NCBI GenBank assembly: GCA_009698445.1
Contig: WLQG01000002.1
Location: forward strand, 7,488-71,487
Source: Actinomycetota bacterium
GTDB taxonomy: Bacteria; Actinomycetota; Actinomycetes; Nanopelagicales; Nanopelagicaceae
Direction: 5' to 3'
DNA length: 64,000 nucleotides
The notes beneath the pieces were generated by a model that had not been told where the DNA came from, ran no database searches, and worked only from the letters and a program-made list of their open reading frames with translations. The stretch's first letter is position 1, and the number at the start of each line of letters is the position of its first letter. This document shows, one piece after another, positions 1-10,249 of the stretch. The translations under genes were made by a program, and so were the position numbers.

Positions 1-2
1 AA

Positions 3-185
3 ACAATTACGCCAGCAGAAAAGCTTTCACTTATTAAATGGATTAAATCTGCTGAAGCAGAACCAAATCTAGGTGGAGCGACAATGGGGCGAATTGGGCC
101 AGTCACGGAAGGCCTTTTGGCATGGATTCTAGGAATAGGGCTGCTGATTGGTATTGCAGTCTGGCTAACTACGAGAGCAAGGTAG
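3..185 (+). CDS. qcrC: Cytochrome bcc complex di-heme cytochrome c subunit, 3' end only (cut by window edge)
   Basis: Manual translation gives ...PNLGGATMGRIGPVTEGLLAWILGIGLLIGIAVWLTTRAR*. The GPVxEG motif plus C-terminal TM helix is typical of QcrC, and it lies directly upstream of qcrA. Confidence 0.9.
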   Translation, partial: TITPAEKLSLIKWIKSAEAEPNLGGATMGRIGPVTEGLLAWILGIGLLIGIAVWLTTRAR

Positions 186-192
186 GCGAAAC

Positions 193-1188
193 GTGTCTAA
201 TGAATTGGTTCCCATGGATGATTCGATTGCACCTGCCCACGCACCTCGATCTACTGATATTAATCCAAAAGCTGAAAAGCGAGCAGAACAGCAAATTGCG
301 ATTCTCTTTGGACTCTCGGGATTAGGTTCCCTCTTACTTATCTACTCATATGTTTTTGTTACGAAAGATGTTTTTATTTTCATTCCAGTAATGGGCAACC
401 AAAATGCTCAGCAGCTTGGCATTGGTATCGGTATGGCCATGTCACTCTTTTTCCTCGGGATGGCAGCCATTCACTGGGCAAAGACTTTGATGTCAGATGT
501 TGAAGTTGTAAATCATCGTCACGAATTTCGTTCGAGTGATGAAGATCGTGATGCATTTGTTAAGACAGTTAAAACTGGTGCAGCAGCAGCCGGTCTTGGT
601 CGCCGCAAATTGATTAAAAGATCTCTTGGCGCAGCAATTGGTTTGTTCGCCCTGCCTCCAGTATTGCTCCTTCGCGATCTAGGACCGTTGCCAAAGAAGC
701 AGCTAGAAACGACGAACTGGAAAGCTGGCACACGCCTTCTGACCGATCCAGGAAATCGCCCAATTCTGGCCTCGGATCTTGAAGTTGGCGCTGTTGTTCA
801 AGTGTTGCCCGCTGTTGAGCACGAAGATGAGCGACCACTAAGTGATATTGCTAAAGATCCAGTTCTGCTCATCAGATTGCGCGAACAAGATTTTCAGTTA
901 AACCCTGAAAAGCTAGCGATGACTCATGACGGAATCATCGCCTTTTCTAAGATTTGTTCACATATGGGATGCGCAGTTGCTCTGTATGAACAGCAAACTA
1001 AGCATTTGTTATGTCCGTGCCACCAGTCAACATTCGATGTTCCCCGTGGTGCGAAAGTTATTTTTGGGCCAGCCGCACGCCCACTGCCTCAACTCGATAT
1101 CACAGTCGATGCAGAAGGATATTTGATTGCCCGTGCAGCATTTAGCGAACCGGTCGGACCTAGTTTCTGGGAGCGTAACTCACAATGA
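193..1188 (+). CDS. qcrA: Rieske iron-sulfur protein of cytochrome bcc complex
   Basis: CSHMGC and CPCHQS Rieske motifs, GPA.RPL, N-terminal TM helices followed by an internal twin-arginine motif (GRRKLI). Confidence 0.97.
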   Translation: MSNELVPMDDSIAPAHAPRSTDINPKAEKRAEQQIAILFGLSGLGSLLLIYSYVFVTKDVFIFIPVMGNQNAQQLGIGIGMAMSLFFLGMAAIHWAKTLMSDVEVVNHRHEFRSSDEDRDAFVKTVKTGAAAAGLGRRKLIKRSLGAAIGLFALPPVLLLRDLGPLPKKQLETTNWKAGTRLLTDPGNRPILASDLEVGAVVQVLPAVEHEDERPLSDIAKDPVLLIRLREQDFQLNPEKLAMTHDGIIAFSKICSHMGCAVALYEQQTKHLLCPCHQSTFDVPRGAKVIFGPAARPLPQLDITVDAEGYLIARAAFSEPVGPSFWERNSQ

Positions 1189-2771
1189 CACCTGTAGAAA
1201 AAACTATTGGAAAAGTTGCCAATTTTGCTGATGAACGATTAGGGGCAGCCGGTTGGGTTAAGAAGTCACTCAATAAAGTCTTCCCTGATCACTGGTCCTT
1301 CATGCTCGGTGAAGTATGCATGTATTCATTTGTTATTTTGCTTCTCTCCGGAACGTTCTTAACTTTCTGGTTCGATCCTTCACAGCGCGATGTAATTTAC
1401 AACGGCGTGTACGAGCCTCTTAAAGGTTTGAAGATGTCAGCTGCATACGCTTCGACTCTAGATATTTCATTTGAAGTTCGTGGTGGGCTATTAATGCGCC
1501 AAATTCACCACTGGGCGGCAAACATTTTTATGGCAGCTATCGTTGCTCACCTTCTTCGTGTCTTTTTTACTGGCGCATTTAGAAAACCACGCGAATTCAA
1601 TTGGATTCTAGGAATTCTCTTGCTCACTCTTGGCCTAGTCGAAGGCCTATTTGGTTACTCATTGCCAGATGATTTACTTTCAGGAACAGGGCTTCGCATT
1701 ACCTCAGCCATTATTCAAGCCCTACCCGTAGTTGGAACATATATTTCATTCTTCTTATTCGGTGGCGCTTTCCCCGGGACAGGATTTATTCCACGAATTT
1801 TCACACTTCATATTCTTATAATCCCGGGAATTTTCCTCGCCGTGATCACAATTCACGTAATGCTAGTTTGGTATCAAAAGCACACACAATTCCCTGGTGT
1901 TGGTCGTACAGAAAAGAACGTTGTTGGACATCCAATCTTGCCTGTCTACATGGCGAAAGCTGGTGGATTCTTCTTCGTTGTATTTGGCGTAATCGCATTC
2001 TTATCAGCCGTTGCATCTATTAACCCGATTTGGTTATATGGTCCATACACTCCTGGTCAGATTTCTGCCGGTTCTCAACCAGACTGGTACATGGGGTGGC
2101 TGGATGGATTAGTTCGTATGGCTCCCCCACTTGAAACGCATGCATTTGGACACACCGTCTCGTGGAATATTTTGATTCCAGCGCTCATAGTTCCTGGAAT
2201 CGTTTTCACAGGAATGGCCCTCTACCCATTTATTGAAAGCTGGATCACTGGAGACAAGCGCGAACACCATCTTCTCGATCGTCCTCGCAACGTACCTAAC
2301 CGAACAGCACTTGGTGTCATGTCCATTACTTTCGTAATGGTCGCCCTCATCAATGGTGGAAACGATATTTTGGCAACTAATTTCCATTTATCGATTAATC
2401 AAATTATGTGGTTCTCACGTATCGGCATATTTGTGCTGCCACCAATCGCTTTCGTAATTACCAAACGTCTATGTCTATCATTGCAGCGCGCAGATCGTGA
2501 CTTGCTATTACACGGTAGTGAAACTGGACGCTTGCTTCGACTGCCTCATGGTGAGTTCGTCGAGGTCCACGAACCTATCTCTGCAGAAAAGGCTTTCCTT
2601 CTGCAATCACACGAACAACCACTGGCCCTTGAAATATCCGAAGTTGATTCCAGGGGTGTTCGTCGACCTGGCGCTTTGAAGAACAAGGTGCAACGACGTT
2701 TAAGTAAGGCTCATGCAGTTTCTGTTCCTAAAGTAAGTGAACAGGAACTCAAAGAGATCGAACACCACTAG
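1185..2771 (+). CDS. qcrB: Cytochrome b subunit of cytochrome bcc complex
   Basis: KVFPDHWSF, heme-ligand histidines (QIHHWAA...VAHLLR; TLHI...IHV), actinobacterial PDWY Qo motif, long C-terminal extension. Confidence 0.97.
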   Translation: MTPVEKTIGKVANFADERLGAAGWVKKSLNKVFPDHWSFMLGEVCMYSFVILLLSGTFLTFWFDPSQRDVIYNGVYEPLKGLKMSAAYASTLDISFEVRGGLLMRQIHHWAANIFMAAIVAHLLRVFFTGAFRKPREFNWILGILLLTLGLVEGLFGYSLPDDLLSGTGLRITSAIIQALPVVGTYISFFLFGGAFPGTGFIPRIFTLHILIIPGIFLAVITIHVMLVWYQKHTQFPGVGRTEKNVVGHPILPVYMAKAGGFFFVVFGVIAFLSAVASINPIWLYGPYTPGQISAGSQPDWYMGWLDGLVRMAPPLETHAFGHTVSWNILIPALIVPGIVFTGMALYPFIESWITGDKREHHLLDRPRNVPNRTALGVMSITFVMVALINGGNDILATNFHLSINQIMWFSRIGIFVLPPIAFVITKRLCLSLQRADRDLLLHGSETGRLLRLPHGEFVEVHEPISAEKAFLLQSHEQPLALEISEVDSRGVRRPGALKNKVQRRLSKAHAVSVPKVSEQELKEIEHH

Positions 2772-3628
2772 TTCTTTTTACGTATTACAAGCCAAACACC
2801 CAGGGCGGTAATTCCTATTCCAAGGAAGCCTTGGGTGTTTACTTTTTCACCAAAAAGAGCATATGCCTCAAGTGCAGTAGCTGGCGGCACTAAGTAAAAC
2901 AGTGAAGAAACCGAGGCCGCGCTGCCTGTATTGAGTAGCCATAGCAATAGAAGTACTGCTCCAACCGAGAGAGCAATAATTAACCACACCATTGAGGCCG
3001 CAAATTTTGGTGTGAATTCAATATGTGTTCCATCCGTTGTAACGGCAGCTAGAGCCAACACCGCCCCTGCTGCGATGTACTGATACGCGGTGCCAGCCAA
3101 CATCGGGATGCCCGCACCAAATTTTTTCTGCATCAACGTGGCAGTGGTGCTACCAAGCAGTGCCACAAATACTGCAGTGATCCCAACTTTTGAAACTGAA
3201 CTATCGAAAGTAGGACCAAGTACTAGAACAACTCCGATAAGTCCAAGAACTAAGCCAATAAATTGAGTACGACGTAGTTTCTCACCCAGAATTTTCACTG
3301 CCAAGAGAGAGACAAAAACAGGCTGCAAACTTGTAATAACCGCCGCCACACCTGCCGAAACTCCTTTAGAAATAGCAAAGAAGACTCCACCTAAGTAAAA
3401 GGCATGTAGAAATAAACCAATAAGTGATGATTTAGCAATTTCATCCCTGCGCAACACCACCGGAAATCTCAGAATTCGCGCAATGATAATAAGAATCACT
3501 GCGGCGATAAAAATACGTAGCGATAGAAAAATGAAAGGATCTGCGTAAGGCAGACCGTATTTTGCTCCAACAAAGCCCGTGCTCCATAAAAATACAAATA
3601 GATACGGAGCTAAGCGCGCAGTCTTCAA
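2768..3628 (-). CDS. DMT/EamA family transporter
   Basis: FVFLWSTGFVGAKYG...PFIFLSLR and ten hydrophobic segments. Start moved to TTG 3628, which overlaps the upstream TGA (TTGA coupling). Confidence 0.85.
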   Translation of the reverse strand: MKTARLAPYLFVFLWSTGFVGAKYGLPYADPFIFLSLRIFIAAVILIIIARILRFPVVLRRDEIAKSSLIGLFLHAFYLGGVFFAISKGVSAGVAAVITSLQPVFVSLLAVKILGEKLRRTQFIGLVLGLIGVVLVLGPTFDSSVSKVGITAVFVALLGSTTATLMQKKFGAGIPMLAGTAYQYIAAGAVLALAAVTTDGTHIEFTPKFAASMVWLIIALSVGAVLLLLWLLNTGSAASVSSLFYLVPPATALEAYALFGEKVNTQGFLGIGITALGVWLVIRKKN

Positions 3629-4098
3629 CCTTCGCAGAGAGCTTTCAGCGACACTAAACTCTTGGCCATCCACTTCGGATTTCTGGCGATTGAGCCAGTC
3701 TTCTTAAGCCACCATTGTGACAAAGCTGGAACTTGGCTGCCATCAAAAATTTCAGTAACTTGTGTCCCACCATTTCCCAAATCTTCCAATTCATACGACC
3801 AGGTCCACTTCATCAAATGGCACCACGTGATTTTTTTATTTTCCTCAAAGGCCACCACTGTATTTGTGATGCGATAAGGAACTTTGATTTTCATTGCCAT
3901 GCCGAACTTTGCGCCTTCGAATAGTCGCGTCGGGCCAGAAATTGATTCAGTAATCGTTCCTGAACCATCAAAACTAGCATGAGCGCGGGGATCAGCTAGT
4001 AGATCAAAAATCTTTGCTGCGGGTGCGTTGATAATGATTCGAGCAGCTGCGGTGTTTGGGTAATCAATGGCAAGAATTTCTGCGCGCACCTTTGACAT
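3625..4098 (-). CDS. SRPBCC/START (polyketide cyclase-like) family protein
   Basis: I.APAAKIFDLLADPR.H..FDGSGT and W.W.YEL...G.TQVTE.FD pattern. Confidence 0.8.
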   Translation of the reverse strand: MSKVRAEILAIDYPNTAAARIIINAPAAKIFDLLADPRAHASFDGSGTITESISGPTRLFEGAKFGMAMKIKVPYRITNTVVAFEENKKITWCHLMKWTWSYELEDLGNGGTQVTEIFDGSQVPALSQWWLKKTGSIARNPKWMAKSLVSLKALCEG

Positions 4099-4502
4099 TA
4101 ATGCGCCCCTGATACGACCGGTTTTTCATACTCCGTCACCATGCCGATGATTGAGATAACTAAAGCTCCTAGTGAGATAACAGTGAGCCACCAACCAATA
4201 ACCAGTGAGAGAGTTAACGCACACATGCTCAATGCAACTGGCAGTGGCCACCAAGAATGAGGACTATAGAAACCAAGGTCTCCAGCGCCATCTGAAATCA
4301 GAGCGGTGAGGTTATCTTCAGGAAGGATTTGTCCAATACGGCGCTGTGTAAACCAGACATAAAAGCCGACCATTCCAGCAAGTGCTGCTGCTAGAAGCAT
4401 GCCTCCAATACCAACTGGCTCACCACCAACTTGCCAATAGATAATCGTCATCAAAACATAAAACAGTGAAAGACCGATAAATAACTGCCAAGAAACCTTC
4501 AT
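4098..4502 (-). CDS. ctaF: Cytochrome c oxidase subunit IV (actinobacterial)
   Basis: EPVG, PED, GDLGFYSPHSWWPL motifs; follows ctaD. Confidence 0.93.
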   Translation of the reverse strand: MKVSWQLFIGLSLFYVLMTIIYWQVGGEPVGIGGMLLAAALAGMVGFYVWFTQRRIGQILPEDNLTALISDGAGDLGFYSPHSWWPLPVALSMCALTLSLVIGWWLTVISLGALVISIIGMVTEYEKPVVSGAH

Positions 4503-4508
4503 AGTTTA

Positions 4509-6161
4509 TTAGTGCCCTTCAGTCTTGATATGCGGGTGGTGCAAATCAAAAGCTGGACGCTCAGATGAAATACGAGGCATAGTCAAAAAGTTGTGGCGTG
4601 GCGGTGGGCATGATGTGGCCCATTCCAAAGAAGCACCGTAGCCCCACGGATCATCAACACCAACAAGTGGTGCCTTACGAGTGATCCAGATGTTGACCAT
4701 AAATGGAATCATGGAAAATGCGAGCAAGAACGAACCGATTGTTGAAACTTCATTCATGAATGTGAAGCCATCGGTTGGAAGATAATCGGCGTAGCGACGA
4801 GGGAAACCTTTGATACCTAACCAATGTTGAATGAGGAATGTTAAGTGGAAACCAAAGAAAGTTGTCCAGAAGTGAATCTTTCCCAATCTTTCATTGAGCA
4901 TGCGGCCAGTCATCTTTGGCCACCAGAAGTAGAAACCACCGAACATTGCAAAGACTACGGTTCCAAAGAGAACATAGTGGAAGTGAGCAACTACGAAGTA
5001 ACTTGCAGATACTGCAAAGTCGAGCGGAGGTGATGCCAAAATAATTCCAGTCAATCCCCCGAATAGGAACGTGACTAAGAAGCCCATTACCCACAACATT
5101 GGAGTTTCAAATGTTACGTGACCACGCCACATCGTTCCGATCCAGTTGAAGAACTTCACTCCTGTTGGGACTCCAATAAGGAAAGTCATGAACGAGAAGA
5201 ATGGCAACAAAACTTGACCAGTTGCGAACATATGGTGAGCCCATACTGAAACAGAGAGTGCGGAGATTGCAATTGTTGCCGCAATTAATCCCTTGTATCC
5301 AAAGATTGGCTTGCGACTAAAGACCGGCAAAATTTCAGTAGCAATTCCAAAAAATGGTAGGGCCAAGATATAAACCTCAGGGTGTCCAAAGAACCAGAAC
5401 AGATGTTGGAAGAGCATCGCCCCACCATTGGCTGGATCAAATAGATGTGTTCCATATATGCGGTCAGATTCAAGACCTAAGAGTGCTGCGGCTAGAGGAG
5501 GGAATGCGAGTAAAACAAGAATGGAGGTTAGTAATACGTTCCATGAAAAGATTGACATGCGAAACATCGTCATACCTGGAGCACGCATTGTGAAAATTGT
5601 TGTAATGAAGTTAACGCCGCCCAGGATTGTTCCAATACCACTGACAGCTAAACCGAGAAGCCATAAGTCAGCACCGATACCTGGTGAGTAGGTCGCATTT
5701 GATAATGGAACGTAAACAGTCCAACCAAATGAAGCTGCACCGCCTGGAGATAAGAACCCTGCAAATGCCATCAGGCCACCGAAAAGGTAGAGCCAATAAG
5801 AAAGCATGTTTAATCGTGGAAAGGCCACGTCAGCTGCTCCGATTTGTAGCGGCATGATTACGTTTGAAAAGCCTACGAACAATGGTGTTGCAAACATCAA
5901 CAACATAATCGTTCCGTGCATGGTGAATATTTGGTTGTACTGCTCGGCACTTAAAAACTGCATTCCTGGTCGTGCTAATTCGGAGCGAAGTAAAAGAGCT
6001 AGGAGCCCGGCAATAAGAAACCATGCAAAAGATGTAATCAGGTACAAATAACCAATTGTCTTGTGATCAGTAGACGTTACCCACTTAACAAAAGCCTTGC
6101 CTTTCTTTGGCGGCAGCGGTGGCAAATTTGTAGTTGTTTGACGATCTGCAAATGTTGTCAT
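4509..6161 (-). CDS. ctaD: Cytochrome c oxidase (aa3) subunit I
   Basis: [38 protein letters not shown] heme-copper oxidase (type A1) motifs. Confidence 0.98.
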   Translation of the reverse strand: MTTFADRQTTTNLPPLPPKKGKAFVKWVTSTDHKTIGYLYLITSFAWFLIAGLLALLLRSELARPGMQFLSAEQYNQIFTMHGTIMLLMFATPLFVGFSNVIMPLQIGAADVAFPRLNMLSYWLYLFGGLMAFAGFLSPGGAASFGWTVYVPLSNATYSPGIGADLWLLGLAVSGIGTILGGVNFITTIFTMRAPGMTMFRMSIFSWNVLLTSILVLLAFPPLAAALLGLESDRIYGTHLFDPANGGAMLFQHLFWFFGHPEVYILALPFFGIATEILPVFSRKPIFGYKGLIAATIAISALSVSVWAHHMFATGQVLLPFFSFMTFLIGVPTGVKFFNWIGTMWRGHVTFETPMLWVMGFLVTFLFGGLTGIILASPPLDFAVSASYFVVAHFHYVLFGTVVFAMFGGFYFWWPKMTGRMLNERLGKIHFWTTFFGFHLTFLIQHWLGIKGFPRRYADYLPTDGFTFMNEVSTIGSFLLAFSMIPFMVNIWITRKAPLVGVDDPWGYGASLEWATSCPPPRHNFLTMPRISSERPAFDLHHPHIKTEGH

Positions 6162-6907
6162 GCGCCGCTCCCCTTTATGGTTTCAAGATAGGCCTGATAT
6201 TGCGCTGGCGTGACTACACGAGCAGTGAACAACATTTGTGAGTGATTGCGACCGCACAAGATATTGCAACGCCCTGGATAATCTCCCAGCTTGTTTGCTG
6301 TGAACTCTAAATGATTTGTGACGCCTGGAAGATTCTGAATTTGAATCATGAAGGCGGGGATCCAGAATCCATGGACTACGTCATTAGATGTAATTGTGTA
6401 GCGTACTTTTTCGCCCAATGGAATATAAAGGATTGGTTGTTGCGCAGGGGTTCCAGTGACTACGGCCCCTGGTCCAGCCTCTGGATAACCAAATTGCCAT
6501 GACCATTGAATACCTTCTACGGTAATTTCGTGTTTGTAAGTCTGAGTCTTTGCCGTAATTACTGTTTCTTTTTTAGCTGTGAAAAAGAAAAGTACAGCAA
6601 CGATAATGAATGGAATGATTGTATAAAGGACTTCAATAGGAATGTTGTACTGAGTTTGCTTTGGAAACTCTGGGCTATCCTTTTTTAAGCGGTGAAAAAA
6701 CGCTGGCCACATAATTAATATCAGAGTAAATACTCCAACGACTCCTGCTGTAATCCATGCACCCTGCCATAGAGATAGCGATTGATCGTTAACACTTGTT
6801 AAACCTTCTTCAAATCCAAGCCCTGATACTTTTGAACAGCCCGTCAGTAACAGTGCTGGGGCCACAAGGAGGAGGCCACGAAGAGCTTTGAGCTTTGAGA
6901 ACGACAT
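6158..6907 (-). CDS. ctaC: Cytochrome c oxidase subunit II (CuA lipoprotein)
   Basis: Lipobox [32 protein letters not shown] CuA motif. Start set at ATG 6907 behind -10 TATCCT. Confidence 0.95.
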   Translation of the reverse strand: MSFSKLKALRGLLLVAPALLLTGCSKVSGLGFEEGLTSVNDQSLSLWQGAWITAGVVGVFTLILIMWPAFFHRLKKDSPEFPKQTQYNIPIEVLYTIIPFIIVAVLFFFTAKKETVITAKTQTYKHEITVEGIQWSWQFGYPEAGPGAVVTGTPAQQPILYIPLGEKVRYTITSNDVVHGFWIPAFMIQIQNLPGVTNHLEFTANKLGDYPGRCNILCGRNHSQMLFTARVVTPAQYQAYLETIKGSGA

Positions 6908-6991
6908 GGAGGTAAGGATAGAGCGCATTAGCAGCGTGCGTAGCACTGGTTTATAGCCTGCTCTGGTGGTTCGTGTCACAGGCCATCACAG

Positions 6992-7969
6992 TTAGAAATT
7001 TATGTGCGGGGCAATCTCTGCCGCCGCATCTGCTCCATAAGCCTGTTCAAAGCGGCTTACAAACTCGGCTCCTGTGAAGCGGTACTCCTGAGTTCCCATC
7101 GTTTCGATGACGTAGGTGGCAATTAAAGAACCCAACTGCGCACATCGCTCGTGCGATAAACCCCAAGCTAGGCCTGCGATAAACCCTGATCTAAAAGAAT
7201 CTCCGACTCCAGTGGGATCGGTCTTAGATTTTTCCTGTGGCACCCCGACTTGAACGAATTCACCAGCAGCGCTTTCAACCTTAGCGCCATTAGAACCAAG
7301 TGTGACAACACGAATCTTTACATGTTCTAAAATTTCTCGATCGGTCCACCCAGTTTTTTGCATAGCAAGAGCAAGTTCATACTCATTTAAAAATAGGTAG
7401 GAAGCGCCGTCAATCAGGAGCTTGATCTCCTCCCCTGACATCCGCGCCATCTGCTGTGATGGATCGGCGGCAAAAGCGATGCCCTCCCTTCGACAAACAT
7501 CAGAGTGATGCAACATCGCTTCCGGATCATCAGGTGAAATAACCACCATGTCGAAACGACCAGTTTTATCCATGATTGGACCAAGTTCAATATTGCGTGC
7601 TTCACTCATTGCGCCAGGAAAAAATGATGCGATCTGATTGAGATCATCATCAGTTGTCACCATGAAGTGGGCTGTATAGAGCTCTGTTGAAACCAAGGCG
7701 TGTGAAGTGTCTACGCCGTGACGTGAAAGCCAGGCTTCGTAATCTGCCCAATCTTTACCAACGGCTGCAATCAGAACTGGGTTTAATCCAAGCACGCCCA
7801 TGCCGTAACAGATGTTAGCTGCACATCCGCCGCGACGAACATCAAGACTGTCAACTAAAAAAGAGAGAGAAACTTTCTCTAAAGAGCCCGCGACAAATGA
7901 ATCGGTGAATTTTCCCGAAAAGGTCATTAAATGATCAAGACCAACTGAACCCGCCACACCAATTTTCAT
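6992..7969 (-). CDS. adoK: PfkB-family carbohydrate kinase, actinobacterial adenosine kinase type
   Basis: GS..LDHLMTF.G.F, VSLSFLVD.L..RRGG.AAN, DPSQQ, DPTGVGDSFR. Same position as adoK next to ctaC/erpA in other actinobacteria. Confidence 0.85.
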   Translation of the reverse strand: MKIGVAGSVGLDHLMTFSGKFTDSFVAGSLEKVSLSFLVDSLDVRRGGCAANICYGMGVLGLNPVLIAAVGKDWADYEAWLSRHGVDTSHALVSTELYTAHFMVTTDDDLNQIASFFPGAMSEARNIELGPIMDKTGRFDMVVISPDDPEAMLHHSDVCRREGIAFAADPSQQMARMSGEEIKLLIDGASYLFLNEYELALAMQKTGWTDREILEHVKIRVVTLGSNGAKVESAAGEFVQVGVPQEKSKTDPTGVGDSFRSGFIAGLAWGLSHERCAQLGSLIATYVIETMGTQEYRFTGAEFVSRFEQAYGADAAAEIAPHINF

Positions 7970-8000
7970 GAGGCGATACTAGAGCGTAAAGAAGGATTTG

Positions 8001-8345
8001 TTAGTTAAATGAATCGCCACATGCACAAGAACCTTGCGCATTTGGATTATCGATTGTGAAACCCTGCTTTTCAATGGTGTCGACGAAATCAACAGTGGCT
8101 CCCATTAAATAAGGATCACTCATCTTGTCGACGATGACCTTGACTGAACCGTACTCGCGGACAACATCGCCCTCTTGGTTGCGATCATCGAAATAAAGCT
8201 GATAACGAAGTCCTGAACATCCACCTGGTTGCACAGCAACGCGAAGATTTAAATCATCGCGGCCTTCTTGTGCCAATAGTGCGGCTACCTTCGCAGCGGC
8301 AACATCAGTAAGGGCTAATCCAGTTAATGTAACTTCTGTAGTCAT
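8001..8345 (-). CDS. erpA: A-type Fe-S cluster carrier (HesB/IscA/ErpA)
   Basis: GGCSG and C-terminal CACGDSF. Confidence 0.93.
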   Translation of the reverse strand: MTTEVTLTGLALTDVAAAKVAALLAQEGRDDLNLRVAVQPGGCSGLRYQLYFDDRNQEGDVVREYGSVKVIVDKMSDPYLMGATVDFVDTIEKQGFTIDNPNAQGSCACGDSFN

Positions 8346-8448
8346 TTTCTCTCCTCGTTTGAGCCAAGCCTACCTGCACCTTTGGTCTAATGCGAGTTAT
8401 GGCCTATGGCTTGCCGCTTGTTTTGCCAATGGCTCTATAGTTACGGCC

Positions 8449-8979
8449 ATGACTACTGAATCAACTGGTAAAGGCCGACCTACCCCAAAGCGCAAAGATG
8501 CCCAGGCCAAGGTTAAGGTTTCTTCACTATCCCCTGTTGTAACAAAGGAACAAAAGCGGGCACAAAAATTAGCGTCCAGGACCGATCGCGTAAGTTCACG
8601 TGCGGCTTACCTGCGCGGGGAGGAAGCAGCCCTTCCATCACGAGATCGTGGCCCAGAGCGCAGATTTGTACGCAACTATGTTGATGCTCGTCGCTCGATT
8701 GGCGAATATTTCTTGCCAATCATTTTCGTGGTGCTTGTTCTTACCTTGATTCAAGTTCCAGCAATTCAATTTGCTGCGATCGCAATAATGTATTTAGTTC
8801 TTCTTGTAGCGGTCATTGATGGCATCTTTTTGGGCCGCAGAATCCAGCGCCTTGTGCACGCTAAATACCCAACATCGAGCACTAAGGGTCTAGCTATGTA
8901 TGCATGGCTCCGCTCTACACAAATGCGTCGATTACGTGCACCTCACCCACAAACTAAAGTGGGCGACGTAGTTAATTAA
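8449..8979 (+). CDS. DUF3043 membrane protein
   Basis: KGRPTPKR, RDRGP.RRFVR.YVD.RR, Q.RRLR.P.P. Start set at ATG 8449 behind -10 TATAGT. Confidence 0.88.
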   Translation: MTTESTGKGRPTPKRKDAQAKVKVSSLSPVVTKEQKRAQKLASRTDRVSSRAAYLRGEEAALPSRDRGPERRFVRNYVDARRSIGEYFLPIIFVVLVLTLIQVPAIQFAAIAIMYLVLLVAVIDGIFLGRRIQRLVHAKYPTSSTKGLAMYAWLRSTQMRRLRAPHPQTKVGDVVN

Positions 8980-9977
8980 GCGCGCGGATTTGGGCTAATG
9001 TTTTGAGCAAGATCCATTTCTGGAAGATTTCCCAGCGCTTTATCAATAGCTTTCATCATGTCAGCATCAAGTTTGATTCCTGAGGCTTTGACGTTTTCTT
9101 TCACCTGAGATGGTTTAGTAGCCCCAACGATGGCACTAGAAACATTTGGGTTTTGTAATACCCAGGCGACAGATAACTGTGACATCGTGATACCGGCTTG
9201 GTCGGCGATTGGCTTGAGTTTTTGGACTGCAGTTAAAACATCATCTTTCATCCACTTTGAAATCATTCCAGCCCCACCTTTTTTGTCAGTAGCGCGTGAG
9301 CCGGCAGGTGGTTTTTTGCCAGGAAGATACTTGCCTGTGAGGACTCCTTGGGCCATTGGGGACCACACTATTTGGCCTATTCCCTCTTTAACTGAAAGAG
9401 GAACAACTTCGGCCTCAATGACGCGCCACAGAGCTGAGTACTGAGGCTGACTTGATACAAACCGGTTGTAGCCGCGGGCATCTTGAATTTTAAGTGCGTC
9501 AGTAATCTGAGCAGCTGACCATTCCGAAAAACCGATGTAATGCACTTTGCCCGCGCGAATCAAATCATCGAATGCACTCAGGGATTCTTCAAGTGGAGTT
9601 TCAAAATCAAAACGGTGCATTTGGTAAAGATCGATGTGGTCGGTTTGCAAACGCTTTAATGAAGCGTTGCAGGATTCAATGATGTGCTTGCGAGATAGCC
9701 CACGATCATTTTTACCGGTACCAGTTGGCCAGTAAACCTTCGTAAAAAGTTCATATGATTCGCGTCGTACACCTTTAAGCGCTTTTCCCAGCACCTTTTC
9801 GGCGCGCGTGCCAGCGTAAACATCAGCGGTATCAAAAGTTGTGATGCCACAATCAAGTGCTGTCTTGACGCATTTGATTGCAGAATCGGCTTCTACTTGT
9901 GAACCATGAGTAATCCAGTTTCCGTAAGAAATCTCAGATACATACATTCCAGTACTGCCAAGGCGACGATATTCCAT
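8976..9977 (-). CDS. Aldo/keto reductase (Kv-beta-like)
   Basis: MEYRRLG, FDTADVY, TK, DLYQMHRFD, WSPMAQGVLTGKY. Start set at ATG 9977 behind -10 TACAGT. Confidence 0.93.
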   Translation of the reverse strand: MEYRRLGSTGMYVSEISYGNWITHGSQVEADSAIKCVKTALDCGITTFDTADVYAGTRAEKVLGKALKGVRRESYELFTKVYWPTGTGKNDRGLSRKHIIESCNASLKRLQTDHIDLYQMHRFDFETPLEESLSAFDDLIRAGKVHYIGFSEWSAAQITDALKIQDARGYNRFVSSQPQYSALWRVIEAEVVPLSVKEGIGQIVWSPMAQGVLTGKYLPGKKPPAGSRATDKKGGAGMISKWMKDDVLTAVQKLKPIADQAGITMSQLSVAWVLQNPNVSSAIVGATKPSQVKENVKASGIKLDADMMKAIDKALGNLPEMDLAQNISPNPRA

Positions 9978-10060
9978 GCCTAGAACTGTAGGACCATGCG
10001 CGCCTTGTTGCCAAGTCAATGACGATGTGGTTACCTACGAACACAACTTAATACGCCCTT

Positions 10061-10164
10061 CATTAGGGGAAGTTCGGTGAAATTCCGACACTGACCCGCA
10101 ACCGTAAAGTCGGATTACCTAATGGATGGTTTCAGACAAACACCCGCCGAGGTTTGCGGGGTGT
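10061..10164 (+). ncRNA. Cobalamin (B12) riboswitch, compact class-II/variant type
   Basis: CATTAGG(10061-67)/CCTAATG(10118-24) closing helix, GGGAA, GGTGAAATTCC T-loop hairpin, CTGACCCGCAACCGT, B12-box-like AAGTCGGA.TACC, then hairpin ACACCCGC/GCGGGGTGT. Upstream of an ECF transporter operon. Confidence 0.9.
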
Positions 10165-10249
10165 AGTCCACATGTTCAAGGGGTATTTTCTCTTATTCGC
10201 GCGGCCTGCTCCCTGTGAGTTTCTTTCACATTCGAGAGGCACCACAGAA

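Noticed and set aside
193-2771. Internal Tat motif in QcrA and PDWY instead of PEWY in QcrB
   Set aside because: Both are established features of actinobacterial cytochrome bcc complexes.
10154-10249. Upstream extension of the SCO2322-like ORF, and similar extensions at 3673, 6979, 8359, 10019, 14999, 26404, 43978, 45776, 49135 and 52488
   Set aside because: The extensions run through riboswitch, promoter or neighbouring-gene sequence. The downstream starts have an SD, a leaderless -10 or stop-start coupling.
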